From NCBI RefSeq assembly GCF_009914755.1, contig NC_060933.1: a stretch of DNA of 64,000 nt. One strand, written 5' to 3'. The translations under genes were made by a program, and so were the position numbers. The number at the start of each line of letters is the position of its first letter. The first letter of the stretch is position 1. Below, piece by piece: positions 30,407 through 45,137 of the stretch. Under the pieces are notes generated by a model. The model searched no databases and was not told the DNA's origin. It was given only the letters and a program-made list of their open reading frames with translations. Source of the DNA: the human T2T-CHM13v2.0 reference genome, Homo sapiens.

Positions 30407-32744
30407 GAATATCAGATGCTCAATAAATATTTGCTGAGTTAATTAATGTATAAATGAATGAAGTGTAGCACAGTGCTCTAGCAGGCACGGGCCACAGCTG
30501 ACGCCCCCTATGCTCACGTTTGACTGACCTGAACTATAGGGAAGTAAACCTGTCCTGTAGGCTCTGGGGTCTTCAACGCTGGATCAAACACCTGCATGAC
30601 CCCAAAAGCAAGGGTCTTCTTAACACCTAGGCACCTAATTGACCTCACCTAGTCCTGGCCCTCCCCATGTGTGATAGAGTCTGATTTTTTACTAAACATG
30701 TGTAAACAGAGAAGATAATAGAGAAACAACAAAATGTGTCCTAGTGAACTTTGATTTTTATCCCCCATAAATTTAGGAACATGCTTTTTTTTCATCTTTT
30801 CATTGAGTACTGTACTAATCAGAACAGAAATAGAGAAAAGAATGCACTTTCTTCTCGGGAATGCAGGTGCCTTGAGAAAGGGAAAATCTATGATTGCCAT
30901 ATTTTTATTAGAGGTTATTTGAGTCCACAGTAATAAAAAAGTTATGAAATTGCACAGTAAATTTTGAAAACCTTTAGAATATAATTGTTTTCTCTACTTG
31001 CTACTGTTAGACTTCATATTCAATACAATTCAGTGCAGTTCAGTTCAATTATTACCACTTTGCTTCTCAAATATGCAAAGGTCATTTAGTTATCTGGGAA
31101 ACTTTTCCTAGGTTTGAAGAGTTAATATTCAAAGACTAGCTGAGAGGTGGCAAGCTGTAGGCATCATTCACACATTCAGAAACCGTACCTTGAACCTCCA
31201 CCTGGCATGAACACTTCTGTATTCAGATCATAATATTGCTGTCTGCTCAGATTTTTAAACTGAATTCATCAAGAAAAGCCCTCCAAAAGAATGCATCATC
31301 TGGCCTTGTACTTCTACCATAAATAAAATGCTATTATCTACTTCTTAGTATAAAGGTTCACAAGGAGAAAAGGGAATGCCTTAAGTTTTTGTTTGTTCCT
31401 TTGCTGGTTTGTTTCCTGCTGTTGTAGCAATTGCAGCAGAGATCTAGAACCTCAATAAAGAGAAAGCTTGCTCCTTTACCAAATTAAAAATCCTTCTGAT
31501 TACTTTAATGTGTGTGGTTTTATCGTTTTCTTTTATTTAAGTCACAAACTGCAATTGGCATTTAAAGTGCCATAGCATTATAATTAATACTAATTATAAT
31601 GGCAATAACCTAAGAGCCAGGAGGTAGTGTGGGAGGGAGCACAATAGTCCCTTTTCAGGACACTTATTAAAAGCAACCTGTCACTGGCCTTCCTTGTGGC
31701 TGCAGTTCAATCTAATTCGGTACTGAATGGAAATGGTCACCTCTCCTGTGCAGAGCCCTGAGCTTGTTTTTGGACCCCAGTCCTTCATTCATGCATAACC
31801 TCAGCAGCCACAGAATAAAGCTTCCTATCTGTACTGGCACCACCTTCAACCACACGTGGAATATTTCTGTACTTTGTAAATGACAAACCAGAGGTCCAGG
31901 CCATAAAACAGACCATGAGCTGTTGTTTCAAAGTGTCTTCACAGAGAGGTCACCACAAAGAAAAATCCAGCAGAAGCATATGTTTGTACATGCTTTTTAT
32001 ATCACAAAGTGGAAAAAGGAGGGGGGCGCTGTGAGATTGCAATTTATATTTGGATTATTTATTTATACATTAAACACAGACTCCCTGGGAAAAGTGTTGC
32101 TTCTAACTCACACAGTGGGCAGAATGGCCAAACTGATACGAGTACACCTTCCTGCTCTGCAGATTTGGCATCTCAGCCACCCACTGTCAAGCAAACAGGT
32201 TTGCCTTATGATTTCCAGGTTCCAGCCACACTCGCTCCTTGTGTCTCCTAAATGGATGCTAAACTTACCCCGTGCCTAAAACACAGATCTACAATAAACT
32301 ACCTGCATATACACCTATTCCGACACTTGCTAATTTGATGACTTTGGACACGTGGCTCTATGACTGTAAATCTCAGTTTTCTCATCTGTGAAATAAGGGT
32401 AATGAGAGCTCTTATGTCATATGGTTTGTTTCTGGGCCACGTCCATGGAAGGAGTTTGGCTCAGTTTTCAGCACAAAGTACTTAATAAATACTAGCTATT
32501 ATTATTTCTTACTGACACCATAGAACGGCTGCTTCCCAGTTTTCATAAAGAAATCATCTAAAATTTTGGTATGTGCTAAAGATTTCTTGGTCTCTGCCTA
32601 GTTTGGGTTCACACAAAAAAAGACCCTGATGCAAAGAGTTAGTTGATTTGGGAGGTGATGTCAGGAAGCATGGTGAGAAAGTGGGGAAGTGGGGCACGGA
32701 AGGGAGGAGAGCCAGCTAAGGGTGCATTAACGTCACGGTCCTTT

Positions 32745-33102
32745 GCAGAAGCCAGGTTATACCCACTGGTGAAAGCCAATTGTTAATTTTTCAGGACTTT
32801 TGCAAGCAAGTTGTTAAACACAGCCATTGTTAAAAAATTACATTATATAAGCTTTCAATTAGTTAAATTATGTTTAAAAAACAAAGGTGATCATCACTTA
32901 GAATTATTTTTGCTCCTGTTTCTTGAGGTCCATATGATGGGAACATAACAGCGTGCTTCTGCACATCGCCTCCCTACTCTGCACTCAGTGATAGCGCACT
33001 GGCAGCTTCAAGTCAGTCATGGTGGAGACTGGCAAACACTATAACATTGGGGCACGTTTTTTAAGAGAGCCAGTTGTTCGACATTTACCAGCACCCCGCC
33101 GG
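32745..33102. mobile_element. MER63 (hAT-Blackjack), inserted in an old ERVL LTR (~32595-33360)
   Basis: gttgttaaacacagccatt...gagagccagttgttcgacatttaccagcac; LTR-like sequence on both sides. Confidence 0.7.
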
Positions 33103-33778
33103 ACAATCTAGGGGTTACTGCTGTGGAAAACTAAGTTCAGTCCAGCTGGGAATTCTCTGAGAGGATGTATGGAAAATGACAGACCCTTACTCCATTGAGG
33201 GGGCGAGGAAACAGGAGAAATCGTCCTTCATCGATGAAGTTTGTCACAGTGGGAATAACCCAGCCTGCCCCTCCCGTGGCTAGAAAACAGCCACAAGCTG
33301 AGGCCAAGAGGCCTGTAGAATGTACTGCAGTGTGTGCTATCTGCAGTTGGAGGATACAAAATGAGGTTTTTTTAATTAAAAAAAGTTTTATTCTGAACTG
33401 CTCTTAGACTTACAGAAGTTGTAAATAGTATAGAGAGCTTCTGTACAATGCTGATTCACCTTCCTTTAATGTTAACATCCTCCATGAACATAGTACAGTT
33501 ATCAAAAACTGGAAATTAACTTTGGTACAAGACTATTAATTAAACTATACATCATATTCCAATTTGACCAGTTTTTTCCCTAAAGTCTATTTTCCATTCC
33601 AGGATTCTATCCAGTATCTCACATTGTAATTAATTGTTATTTCATCTTAGTTTTCTCTAATTTATGAAAGTTTCGCATTCTTTCCTTGTCTTCCATTTTC
33701 TTGATGCTTTCGTGTCAAGTATACTGATTTAATCATAAAGATAGTAACTTTACAGTGGAAAAACAAGGAGACACCACT

Positions 33779-34294
33779 TGTGATGAGGAATTTTCTGTGT
33801 CAGCTTGACTGGATCATGAGGTGCCAGATATTTGGTCAAACCTTATTCTGAGTGTGTGAAGGGGATTCTGGATGAGATGAATGTTTGACCTGGTAGACGA
33901 GTAAAGCAGAGTGCTCTCCTCAATGTGGGTGGACCTCACTCAATTAGTTAAAGGCTTGAATAGAACAAAAAGGCTGAGTGAGAGTACTTGCTCCTGCCTG
34001 ACTGCCTTTGAGCTGGGACATTGATTTTCTCCTGCCTTCAGACTTAAATGGAAACATCAGCTCTTCCTGGGTCTTCAGAGTGCCAGTTTTCAGACTAGGA
34101 CTTATACCATTGGCTCTCCTGGTTCTTGAGCCATCAGGCCTTGGATTGGTACTACACCATTGGCTCTCCTAGGTCTCCAGGTTGCCAACTGCAGATCTTG
34201 GAACTTGTCAGCCTCCATAATTGTGAGAGCCAATTCCTTATTTTTTTCCTCCTCTTCTTCCTAATTTGTTTCCCTGGAGAACGCTGACTGATAC
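33779..34294 (+). mobile_element. MLT2 (ERVL) solo LTR inside an L1MC fragment
   Basis: tgtgatg...tgtgtcagcttgactgg...ttggtcaaaccttattctgag...ctggagaacgctgactgataca. Confidence 0.85.
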
Positions 34295-34406
34295 ACCACC
34301 CTAACCAAGTGATCAAAGCTAATATCACTAGTCATAAGACATATTGACATCATGAAACTCTTGACATGATGCACTGGGAAGGGGAAACCTCACTGCTGTG
34401 GTATTT

Positions 34407-34687
34407 TCTTTTCTTTTTTTTTAATTTCTTTATTATTATTATTTTTTATTATACTTTAAGTTTTAGAGTACATGTGCACAATGTGCAGGTTTGTTACATA
34501 TGTATACATGTGCCATGTTGGTGTGCTGCACCCATTATGTGGCACTATTCACAATAGCAAAGACTTGGAACCAACCCAAATGTCCATCAATGATAGACTG
34601 AATTAAGAAAATGTGGCACATATACACATGGAATACTATGCAGCCATAAAAAGGATGAGTTCATGTTCTTTGTAGGGACATGGATGA
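34407..34687 (-). mobile_element. Short L1PA4/5 insertion with 5' inversion (twin priming)
   Basis: Minus-strand tail plus terminal 3'UTR (34407-34537) fused to a plus-strand ORF2-end segment (34538-34687). 13-bp TSD tgctgtggtattt at 34394-34406 and 34688-34700. Confidence 0.92.
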
Positions 34688-35683
34688 TGCTGTGGTATTT
34701 CCATTCCAATCATGAGAAACGTTAGACAATCTCAAGTTGGCTTTTCTCTTGGTGTTCAAATTTCAGTGTCTGTGAACCAGAAAACACGGTTTTCTTCTGG
34801 GATTCTCCAATCCCCACCTCCAACATTCAGGATTTCTTAGCATGGCCCAGGCATCAAGTCTTTTCTCTTTTACTGTCCAAAGCATACAGTTACTGAGACA
34901 AACCCTTTACAGTGAATCTCTAAAATTGTTGATCTCAAGAAATCTTCGTGTGTTAATCTCTCTTATTCTCCCCAGTGTTATACTCAGTTTCAGGAACCTC
35001 AGGCCAAAGTACGTCTTGGCTCCTCATTCTATAGATATTATTAGCCAACAATTCCAGTTCAAACTCCTGTGAAGCTCTTTCCTTAAAGACATACCCAGAG
35101 TGCCAGGGTAAATGGGGCCAAAAGAGATTCAGACACTGTACCCAGCAGAGCTTCCTGTATCAACATGAGCCCTGTGATTAAGTGCAGCTCATCAAATCAA
35201 ACTTCTCCTTTCTGGATAATAAATTTAATCTTAGAGTGGGATGGTTTGTTCTTCCTGACACCTGATATCAATCAGGACTATTCCAGCTCATCAGACATCT
35301 CCTAATACCCTAATAACTTTGACTGTTCAAAGAGATATATCCTTAGTATACTCTCCTTCTGCACCTCCCCTCATCATAATACATTATAAAAATTCCTTGT
35401 GAACATTAATGGCAAGTATGCACCAGGATCTTGTCAAGGCAAAAACTCCTGGAAATGCTAGTTTTTAAATCGGGCTTAGATTAAAAGAAACAAAATTATT
35501 GATGACCTTATGAAGAGGATGTAGTTACTCTAATTCTCCATATCCAAACCATAGTAACAGTTTTCAGAATAATAGGTGAGTTTCATAGCATCCTACAGAA
35601 GTGAACAATTAGCTTTTCTAAGTATTATGAACCCATGGTTTAAATGTATCAATGTGTTTTAATCTTTTGCAGTTATCACTCTT

Positions 35684-35985
35684 TTTTTTTTTTTTTTTTT
35701 TTTTTTGAGACAGAGTCTAGCTCTGTCACCCAGGCTGGAGCGCAGTGGCATGATCTCGGCTCACTGCAACATCCAACCCCTAGGTTCAAGTAATTCCCCT
35801 GCCTCAGCCTCCCTAGTAGCTGGGATTACAGGCATGCACTACCACACCTGGCTAATTTTTGTATTTTTAGTAGAGACAGGGTTTTGTCATGTTGAGCAGG
35901 CTGGTCTCGAACTCCTGACCTCAAGTGATCTGCCTGCCTCAGCACAAAGTGCTGGGATTACAGGTATGAGCCACCATGCCCAGCC
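35684..35985 (-). mobile_element. AluS (Sz/Sx-like) in an L1MC fragment
   Basis: Poly-T and Alu body; TSD cagttatcactctt at 35670-35683 and 35987-36000. Confidence 0.95.
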
Positions 35986-36523
35986 ACAGTTATCACTCTT
36001 ATTGGTGCTCAGTTGTTGCTTTTGCCAATGGGAGCTTTTTCAGGTTGGATTCTCAATCCTTTTGTCGTGACCACAGTAGTCTTTGGTAGAATCCTTGCTC
36101 TCTAGTATGATAAGATGCTCCACACTCATCTTGGACATTTCCTGCACCTGGCCTGGAATCAGATTTTTGCTCAAGAAGTTCTCTTTTCTTTCCATGGGAA
36201 GTAGTATTTCCAACACCACCATCTGGACTTCAGGAAAGCCCATGGCTATGAAATTAATCCTTTTTTTCTAATCCTTTTCAGTAGACAGCGACAGGATTAT
36301 CTCTTGGGTTTATACTAACACTTCCAACTCAAATTCACGACTGCAGGGATTTTACTTAACATCTTTTGTTTTAAACTTGCATCTTCTTTCTTTAACACTG
36401 AGAATTTGGGTTCTTAATATGACAGAGGATAATAAAATTTGAGTATCCTATAATTTAGTTTATTTACACACATAGGACAGTCTCAACATAATAATACCAA
36501 TACCATAATTACTAAAAAGGTAA

Positions 36524-36680
36524 ATATATATGTGTGTGTGTGTATATATATATGTGTATGTGAGTGTGTGTATATACATATATATTTGCATGTGATCTCC
36601 TGTTCCCCTCTTTTATGCATGTGTGATTATATGTATGTGTGTATGTGTATATATATATATGCACATGTATACACACACAA
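36524..36680. repeat. (TG)/(TA) compound microsatellite
   Basis: Seen directly. Confidence 0.9.
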
Positions 36681-37659
36681 TTGCACTGCATCTATAGTTT
36701 TGATCTGTTTTAGTGGCATGTCTTTCTGAAGTTCTTTTATTCTCTATGGGAATGTTCTTTGGCTTCTTATTCTCTCTTTTTATTTAATAATTTTATAGAG
36801 ATTTGCCCTTGATAAATTCCTTTGATAATTTTTACATAAAAGAAGTTTTACTGAACATTTAGAGAAAGATATGTTTCAGAAGAGCTTCCCTAACTTCACA
36901 TTCTCGAGCTTTTCCATCAGTTGCTTTTGTGTTACGTTTAAAAATATGGAGATTTTCTTTCTGAAATCTCTTGCCTCTCTTCACAATTTTTATCTAGATT
37001 TTATCTTTCCTGTATTTCTGTTGAACATATGCTGTTCAATGTGAATTTCATTCCCATCAGTTTTGCCTCAGGTAGATCTTTGTACTGGAGAGACCACTGG
37101 GCAATGAGATTTGAGATTTCATAGGGCTCAGGTTGCCCAGCCCTCCCAAACCTTGCTGCAGACTTGCCTGCTATTGTAATGCTATACTTCCACTATCACC
37201 CTGCACTATAGTTATTGTTTCACCTTTCTGTAACCCACATTAGATTATAAACCCTGGATGCAAAGTGCCTGTGTTTGCTCATCATCATTGTAAATTTCAG
37301 TTTTTGGCTGCTGGCCCTTAGAACTTTCCAAGGAGCCCCTATTTCAGATGCACTATTGCTTCCCTTTGCTTCCTGTGCAAAGATGCTCATTCCATGCAGG
37401 TCTTATACCAGTCAGTAGTTTTTCTTCACCAGGTAACATTTTCAGGCTCATAGAAATGCTTTGCCACCTAGTTTTATTTTAGATGCTGACCACAGATTTT
37501 TATACCAGTCTCTGTTTTCACAGGGATATTCAGAGAGATTTAAAAAGTATGTCGCAATAAAGATGCAGCATCTTTATCAACAGTTTTTACGAAGCTGAAC
37601 CTTGTCTCTTTAGTTATAGAATAGAATTCCAGTGGCGCCTCTTAAATATATGGTTTCTA

Positions 37660-38537
37660 GACCAAAGATTCAGACACATATAAAAAATTCTACTTGGTAT
37701 GCCAGAAGCCCCTCAAAATCACCAATAATCTCCCAAAACATGCTTTCTTCTGTGTTGCCTACTCAGGGAATTAGAAATGAAATGACAATTGACTCAATTA
37801 CTCAAACTGGAAACTTTGAGATTATCCTTGGAGTCTTCTCCTCTCTTACTCCAGCATATAATCACTCAGCAAGTCCTGTTGTTTCTATTAAATATATTGA
37901 ATTCTCTCCAACCTCATTGCTACTATCCAAGTCCTTATTTCACCTGTGCTATGAAAAAAAGCTTCCTAATGAAACTTCCTGCCTCTAGACAGTCCCCGCT
38001 TCCACCCACTCCTCATTTTGTGGTATACCTCCTTTGGGTGGTGTGTCTCAAACACAAATTGTATCCTATCTCTCTACTGCTTACAATCCTTAAATATTCA
38101 GAATCCTTATGATCTGGCGTTGCTTATCTCTTGAAGCTCATTCATTCCTCTGTCTCCTTACAACCTACCATTCAACTATATTGAATTTATTTCAGTCCCG
38201 TGAACGATTCAGCTCTATTTCACTTATAGGACATTGTACAAAGATCTCCTCTGCTTTGAACACTGTCCCCTCACTCTGTATCTGAAGAAGTCCTAGTCAT
38301 CTTTGGTTCTCAATTTAGACGGAATTTGAAATCTGGTCCCCAGATTAGAATGAATTCACCTCCTGTGTACTCATAGCTTCTTTGTTTCCAGTTATTATTT
38401 TACTCTCCTATAACCTTCATTAGATTATAAACTTTGGGAAAGAAGTGCCTGAGTTTACTTTACCTTCTAAAACAAGCTTCTAACATGGTCCCTAATATAT
38501 AGTAAGCATTCAACAAACATTTGCTGAATAAATGAAT
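37660..38537 (+). mobile_element. L2 3' portion
   Basis: Ends gtaagcattcaacaaacatttgctgaataaatgaa (L2 3' terminus); internal L2 motifs present. Confidence 0.75.
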
Positions 38538-39767
38538 TGTAGAAAACTGTTATCCATAACTCATGATTCTTTTATTCTCATCATTACCAAATAACTATCC
38601 AGGCAGTCAACAATAGAAACGAGTCAGGAGGTGCTGGTTGTGGAAACTGAGTTTTTGAGGGTAGTTCTAGGAGAATTTATAGTTCTGTAACTATATTTCT
38701 TACTGATTTTTCTAGCTGGTGTTTTTATTATTATATTTTTCCTTTATTACACTCCTGACACTTGGAGTTATTTTTTCAATATTTGCACTTGCCTCTAGAC
38801 TTCAAGATCCAAGAGGCTCTTCCAAGAGGAAATTTGTCCTATTTTTAAAAAAATTTTGGTGGTTTTTAAATTAAATAAAACTGTATTTTTAACTATCTGT
38901 ATGATCACTATAAATAAGGGGAATTTTTTTATTCTGTCCATTCAAAACAATACTTTCTCTAGATTTGTTTCTCCAAACGTATTGTAGTTGTGATCACACT
39001 ATATTGTTTTCAAAACCACTATTCATAAAAAACTTCTTAGTGGATACATCATATTCTATTATTTGACCTGGAATCATGAGCTGAAATCATTCATCTTTTG
39101 ATTCAACTGCTCAAACTATTTCTAGGAACATCAGAAATGTTGAACTGCAGTTAACATAAGCCTGAATTTCAAAGAAAACTATTCTGCAACATATTACCTT
39201 CAGCTGGGATATAGACTAAAAGAATAGAATATCTCAAAGTTTCTAATCAAAGAACCTCCTGGCACTTCTTAAGAAATTAGTCTCAGGTCACACACCTCTC
39301 TCTATTACTTTTAGAATCCCCAAGAGAGGAATGTGCAATTTGTAGTGCCTTTAGTCTTATAAGATGCTAGAGCAGTAGAAAGGACAGTAAACTAGGAGTC
39401 ACCCAGACATAAAGTCTAGCCCTAGCTAACTCTTACCTAACTCTGAGACCATTCAAAAATTGCTTACTATCTCTAGGCCTCAAGTTTTCATACCACAAAA
39501 TGTTGATTCTATTTCCTACACTATCTCTTCCATAGGAATGCTGACCAAATGCACTGCAAAATTAAATATATACCACTGTTTTGAAATTTACACAGCCCTA
39601 CATGGGCATGGTTAAGATCAGACAAAGGGTACAAATCTATCATTTATATTTGCATGGTTTAATTAGTAGCATTGCACTCTTGCTCCTTTTACAGTTATGA
39701 TGGTAAACTAATTCTAAATGCTTTTGATTGAAATTTTTAATCAAGCAGTGGTAACTCACACATAGGG

Positions 39768-40471
<704 letters not shown>

Positions 40472-41059
40472 CAGAGCAAAGCTTCTATTTAGATAAAGTC
40501 TCAGTTTTCCTTCTCTTCTGAAAGTAACATTTTGGCAAATTATGAGAATCTGCAGAAAGACTGACACCTTCAAAAGCACTGGGGACAGCAAGGGACACAG
40601 TGGGTAGCAACTGGTCAGAAGCAGTCCTGCAAGCAATGAAAACATTCTGTGCATCTTGGGTTCATCTGTTGTGTTCCCCAAATTCAACAAACAGCATTTA
40701 CGGTTCCTTTTTTGTTTTTTTAAGACAAACCTTTTAGCCTGAAGACAACCTTTAAAAGTACTAAAACTCCTAAAAGTATTTAATAGTTGGAGTATGCTTA
40801 CAAATTTTTTTCATACTTCTCATTAACTGCACCAACACTGGTAAATAGAGCCAATCTTCTACCTCTGTTTCCCTCATTACTGTTTTTCGAGTACTTAAAA
40901 ATGAAGACCTGCTATGGGATCACAAAGCTTAACTGGTTTAATGGTTTAAAGTAATATATGAAATCTTAAATATTCATATTATATATAATACATAATATTT
41001 ATAATATATGAAGACTCTGCTATAAGACCCTAAATGACTATTAGTTCTCATGGAGGCAA

Positions 41060-41260
41060 CAGATCATAATGGCAAGAACGTAAGATTTGGAGTTAGATAG
41101 ACAGGGTTTCAAATCTTCAGTCTGCCATTGCTAACTGCAGTGATTTCAGGCAAGGATTTTATGCCCATAGGTGTCAGTTTTCTCATCTGTAAAACAGGAA
41201 TACTAGTGCCACGTCGGCAGAGTTAGAAGAGATAATTGAGGTATAATAATGGTGCAAAGA
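41060..41260 (+). mobile_element. MIR
   Basis: ggagttagatagacagggtttcaaatc...tcagttttctcatctgtaaaacagg. Confidence 0.75.
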
Positions 41261-44200
41261 AGGTACACATGAAAGATTGGTTCACTTCTCCTATCACTGG
41301 AACTGACGTTTTATGTCTTTCATTTACCCTCAAGAGTTTTCTATCTGTTGCTGTATGGCAACTTTCATTCAATTTTGCTGACATGCTGACAAGATAGATT
41401 TTTTTCATCTTTCACATTTCAAGCTTTTGTTTGGGAAGCCAGCCTATTGTTCACCTGTGATTGCATTTTCTTTCTGTTTACGGGGAAAAGAAAAGAAATT
41501 ATCAAACAAGTTAAGGGATCAAAAATAATAATAAAAGTGCCTTTGGCATGAACAAAAAGCATATATCAATTAACGCAGCCCAGTAGAAGTAAAAGCATGT
41601 GACTGGTGCCAAGTACTCCACTCACTTCATCTACAACATTGTGTTTGTTGAGAGTCTGCAGTTTGTATGATATCATTCCAGAGGTTTTAAGTACTGAATA
41701 TCATTTTTAACGCTACCATGTCTCCATTCTCAACACAATTGCCCCTTAATTTTGCTTACTATTTATTTCTGTGTCGTTTCCTTGACCTACACAGCCTTCC
41801 TTCTCCCTTTATCCTCCTCCATCTGTCTAAATCCCATTCATCCTCCCAGGTTATGCCTTAAATAATATCCCTCTTTGGAATCTCCCTGCCTGCTTCAAAT
41901 TCAGTCAGCAATGCCTTTCTCTGCACGTCTCAGTTTCTGAATTTGTGAAATGGAGATGATAATAGTATCTGTCACATAAGATTGTAGTGAAGACACAATA
42001 CAACAATGCATATAAATCCCTTAGCCAAGCACACTGTGTTTAAAAAAAATGTAGCTATCATATTGTTCATATTTTATCATTACCCTTATCATCATCGTCT
42101 TTATTATTATAATACTTCTGCACGTCTGTAGTATTTTGCTTGTACCTTTATCTGGTATTTGCTTTATTCTATCAGATACTAGTGGAAACTGCATGTGTGT
42201 TTCCTGTTTAACAATATGCATCTCTGGCAACCAAGAGCAAAACTCTTCCCTTACAATCTTGCCAGTGCCTTGTCCAATGCCTGGTGAAGAGGAGATACGT
42301 ATCAAATGTTTACTGAAAAAAAAAAATGGACAAATCTTTTTGTTTCCATAAATGAAAATTTTAAGTGTCCTTGTCTGTGGTTTAAATTTAGCAATTCTTA
42401 CCATAAAATGTGTCTTGAGTATGCAATGTGATTAAAAGAGGATTTTCTATGTTGTCTTTTCTTTATTAAATGTGTTATGGCAAATTAACTTTTCCTCTTG
42501 CAAGGTAGTCCCTGGAGACCAAGGATTTGAGAAAAAAAGTGTGTGATTGTGCAGACTTGGAATAACTTATGCTCTCTTCTGCCAGGCCTGACTCTCACTT
42601 TGGGAGTTAGCAAGGCAACTTGGGAGGCTCACTCAGGCATTGAGATCCCTCGAGAACTGTGCAGTTCAGGTCTGTCAAACTCGGGGCTGGTTGCTGGGCT
42701 GAACGTTTTTTGAAAAATCTGCTTACCTGAACTCATTTCATTAAAAACTCTTAGTCTTTGGAATTTAAGATATTTTTAAAGAGCTGGTGTTATAGTTACA
42801 GAAATATTTCTTGCACTAAATAGTATTTTGTTATGCAAGCCTGATTTGTAGATTTAGCAATTGGTTTTAACACATTTAGTAGGGAGGGCCTGGGTTACTC
42901 TGTGCTAACCAGTTCCCACGAGTTTGAAGACTGAGGAAGTCAGAAGGATCTGGCTCTAGCTGGAAGGGATATTACTTCTGTTCAGGCTGCCAGTGGAAGA
43001 CTGGGTCCCCTGGGGTTGGCTGTGGCAGGTGGAGACTGATCTACCGCCTGCACTGAAAGACTCAGCATTCTTATACTTGGGAATCCTTTTTTCTACAGAA
43101 GTTGCTAAGAGCATTTTTGAAATTGTATCCTAAAACTGAATTGGAGTTTTGAAACATTAATGGAAGAATCATAATCTCAAACTTTCAAGTGTTATGAGAA
43201 GTTGGGAACTTTGACTTGCTCTTTGGAGCAAATAGTCCTTTTTTATAAAACCCATTGCTATAGACTTTTGGTAGTGAAAAGGAAAAAAAAAAGCAAGGAG
43301 TCTAAGTAATGTTATTAAAATATCAAATTTATATTCCTTGTGGTGAAGTCTAATCTCTAGATATGACTTCCTTTAGAATTTTTTTCATAAATGTGGATTA
43401 TAATTACACTTCATTTGAAATTGCTTTCGAAATGTGTATGTGTTCTCATTCAAGCAGTTACCCACAGACAACTGGGATTAGAATCCAGAAGATGACAGGG
43501 ATAATTCAGGGACATACTCTTATCTTATGCTAGTAGAAGAAGCATAAAGCTGCCGGATGATTTTGATTGCTGACACCCAAAAAGAGCCATATATTAAAGT
43601 TGTATCCCTCAGCAATGTTATTCCAAACCAAATTTTCTAGATATGGATGAAAGTGTTGATATTAGATATTTGTGATGTGATACATAATCCTGAAGGGATA
43701 ATCCTAGGGTAAGGCCAAGGATAACTACCATGGGTAAAAAGCATTAGTTTTTGTTGTTGTTATTGTTGTTTTTCCTGACAATGAAAACAGTGAGTGTCCC
43801 AAAAGCCAATTATCTCAGAAGGAGCAGGATCTAGGCCACAAAATGAGGACTCAGAAAGCAGCTTTGAAGCAGGTGATTATGGCCTTGGACACAAGAGGAC
43901 CTAGAGCTTGTTCTCTCTCTCTCTCATTTCCAGATAGGTTGGCCAGCTTTCTCCACATGGAAGTAGACTCAGAGCTGGACTGTGAAGTATCCAAGAAGGG
44001 TCCCAAGGAAAGGGGCTTGACCTTTATGGATATGAGATCAGTCATATCTACTATCTGGACTTGAGTTCCTGTGTGATGTAATTCTCTCCTGTTATACCAA
44101 AGTTTTCAGTAACATTTTGCTGAAGATTTTTGATTGGTTTGGGCAGCATAGTGTGTAAATAATTGTGTCCATGCTTAGCACATTAGTAAAGAAGAAAACA

Positions 44201-45070
44201 GTTTTCCCCTACCTCACTCCCACTCCTTAACCTCACCTTTTCTGAAATCATTGTTGTGGCTACTGTTCAAAGAAGAACTGATGTCTTGGAAATCTGTGAG
44301 ATGACATACTAAAAAGTGATCCATGGCAGGGAGAGGACAATGATGTGGATTTAGTCAGCAATGAGGGGACAACCTATTTCCTAAATAGGTAGCAAGATAT
44401 CTCTACCAAATTGTTAAGAGATACATTTGTTCAGCTCAATTTAGTCATCAAATTTATATTACCTTAGATGTTGTTCTATCTGGCTAACATGAACTCTACC
44501 TATTGTTGCTCTAATGATTAACCAAAAACAGAAATTATTTCTTTCTTATGTGTCATATACATAATCAGCTCTCAATAATTTTCTGATAGACTTTTTACTA
44601 TGTTTTTGATATATACAATAGGATGACATGGTAAATGAAAATCATAATCTCAAAGTTGGTGGGTGAGACTATTATGAAGATCATCCTTATTTTGGAAAAT
44701 GGTTAAACCCCGCAGATGAGAACAAAGGGGACTACGTGCTCCATGATAATTTCAAAGTCCTGCAAGTTTTAGGAATGAGATAACAACCCACAGGATTTAT
44801 TGAGAGACGTCATCTTGGCATAGTGAGCACTCCCACCACAGCCACAGCTAATGGACTACTTAATATGTAAAATGGCTGGGAGGGTAACAAAACTTCTGGG
44901 GAAAGTGTAGTGTCTCCTTTGTTCCTCTTCTCATGGGCTATGAGAGAATTCTCAAAACTGGTCCCCACTCTCCCACTAGCCTGGAAGATAAGAGGAAGGT
45001 CCTTCATGATAAATGTTTTTAAAGTCTGAATGGGATCCCTTCAAGAATGGGATCCTGGCATCAGACTTCA

Positions 45071-45137
45071 TGGTGGTATATCTTCCTAGCTACTGAGCCT
45101 GGTGGCATATCTTCCTAGCTACTGAGCCTGGTGGCAT
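45071..45137. repeat. 29-bp tandem duplication
   Basis: tggtgg(t/c)atatcttcctagctactgagcc twice, plus a partial copy. Confidence 0.9.

Noticed and set aside
42021-42404. 127-aa ORF on the minus strand
   Set aside because: Spans MIR/L2 remnants and AT-rich sequence; no homology recognised.
45071-45137. 29-bp direct repeats as a CRISPR-like array
   Set aside because: No spacers; simple tandem duplication in primate DNA.
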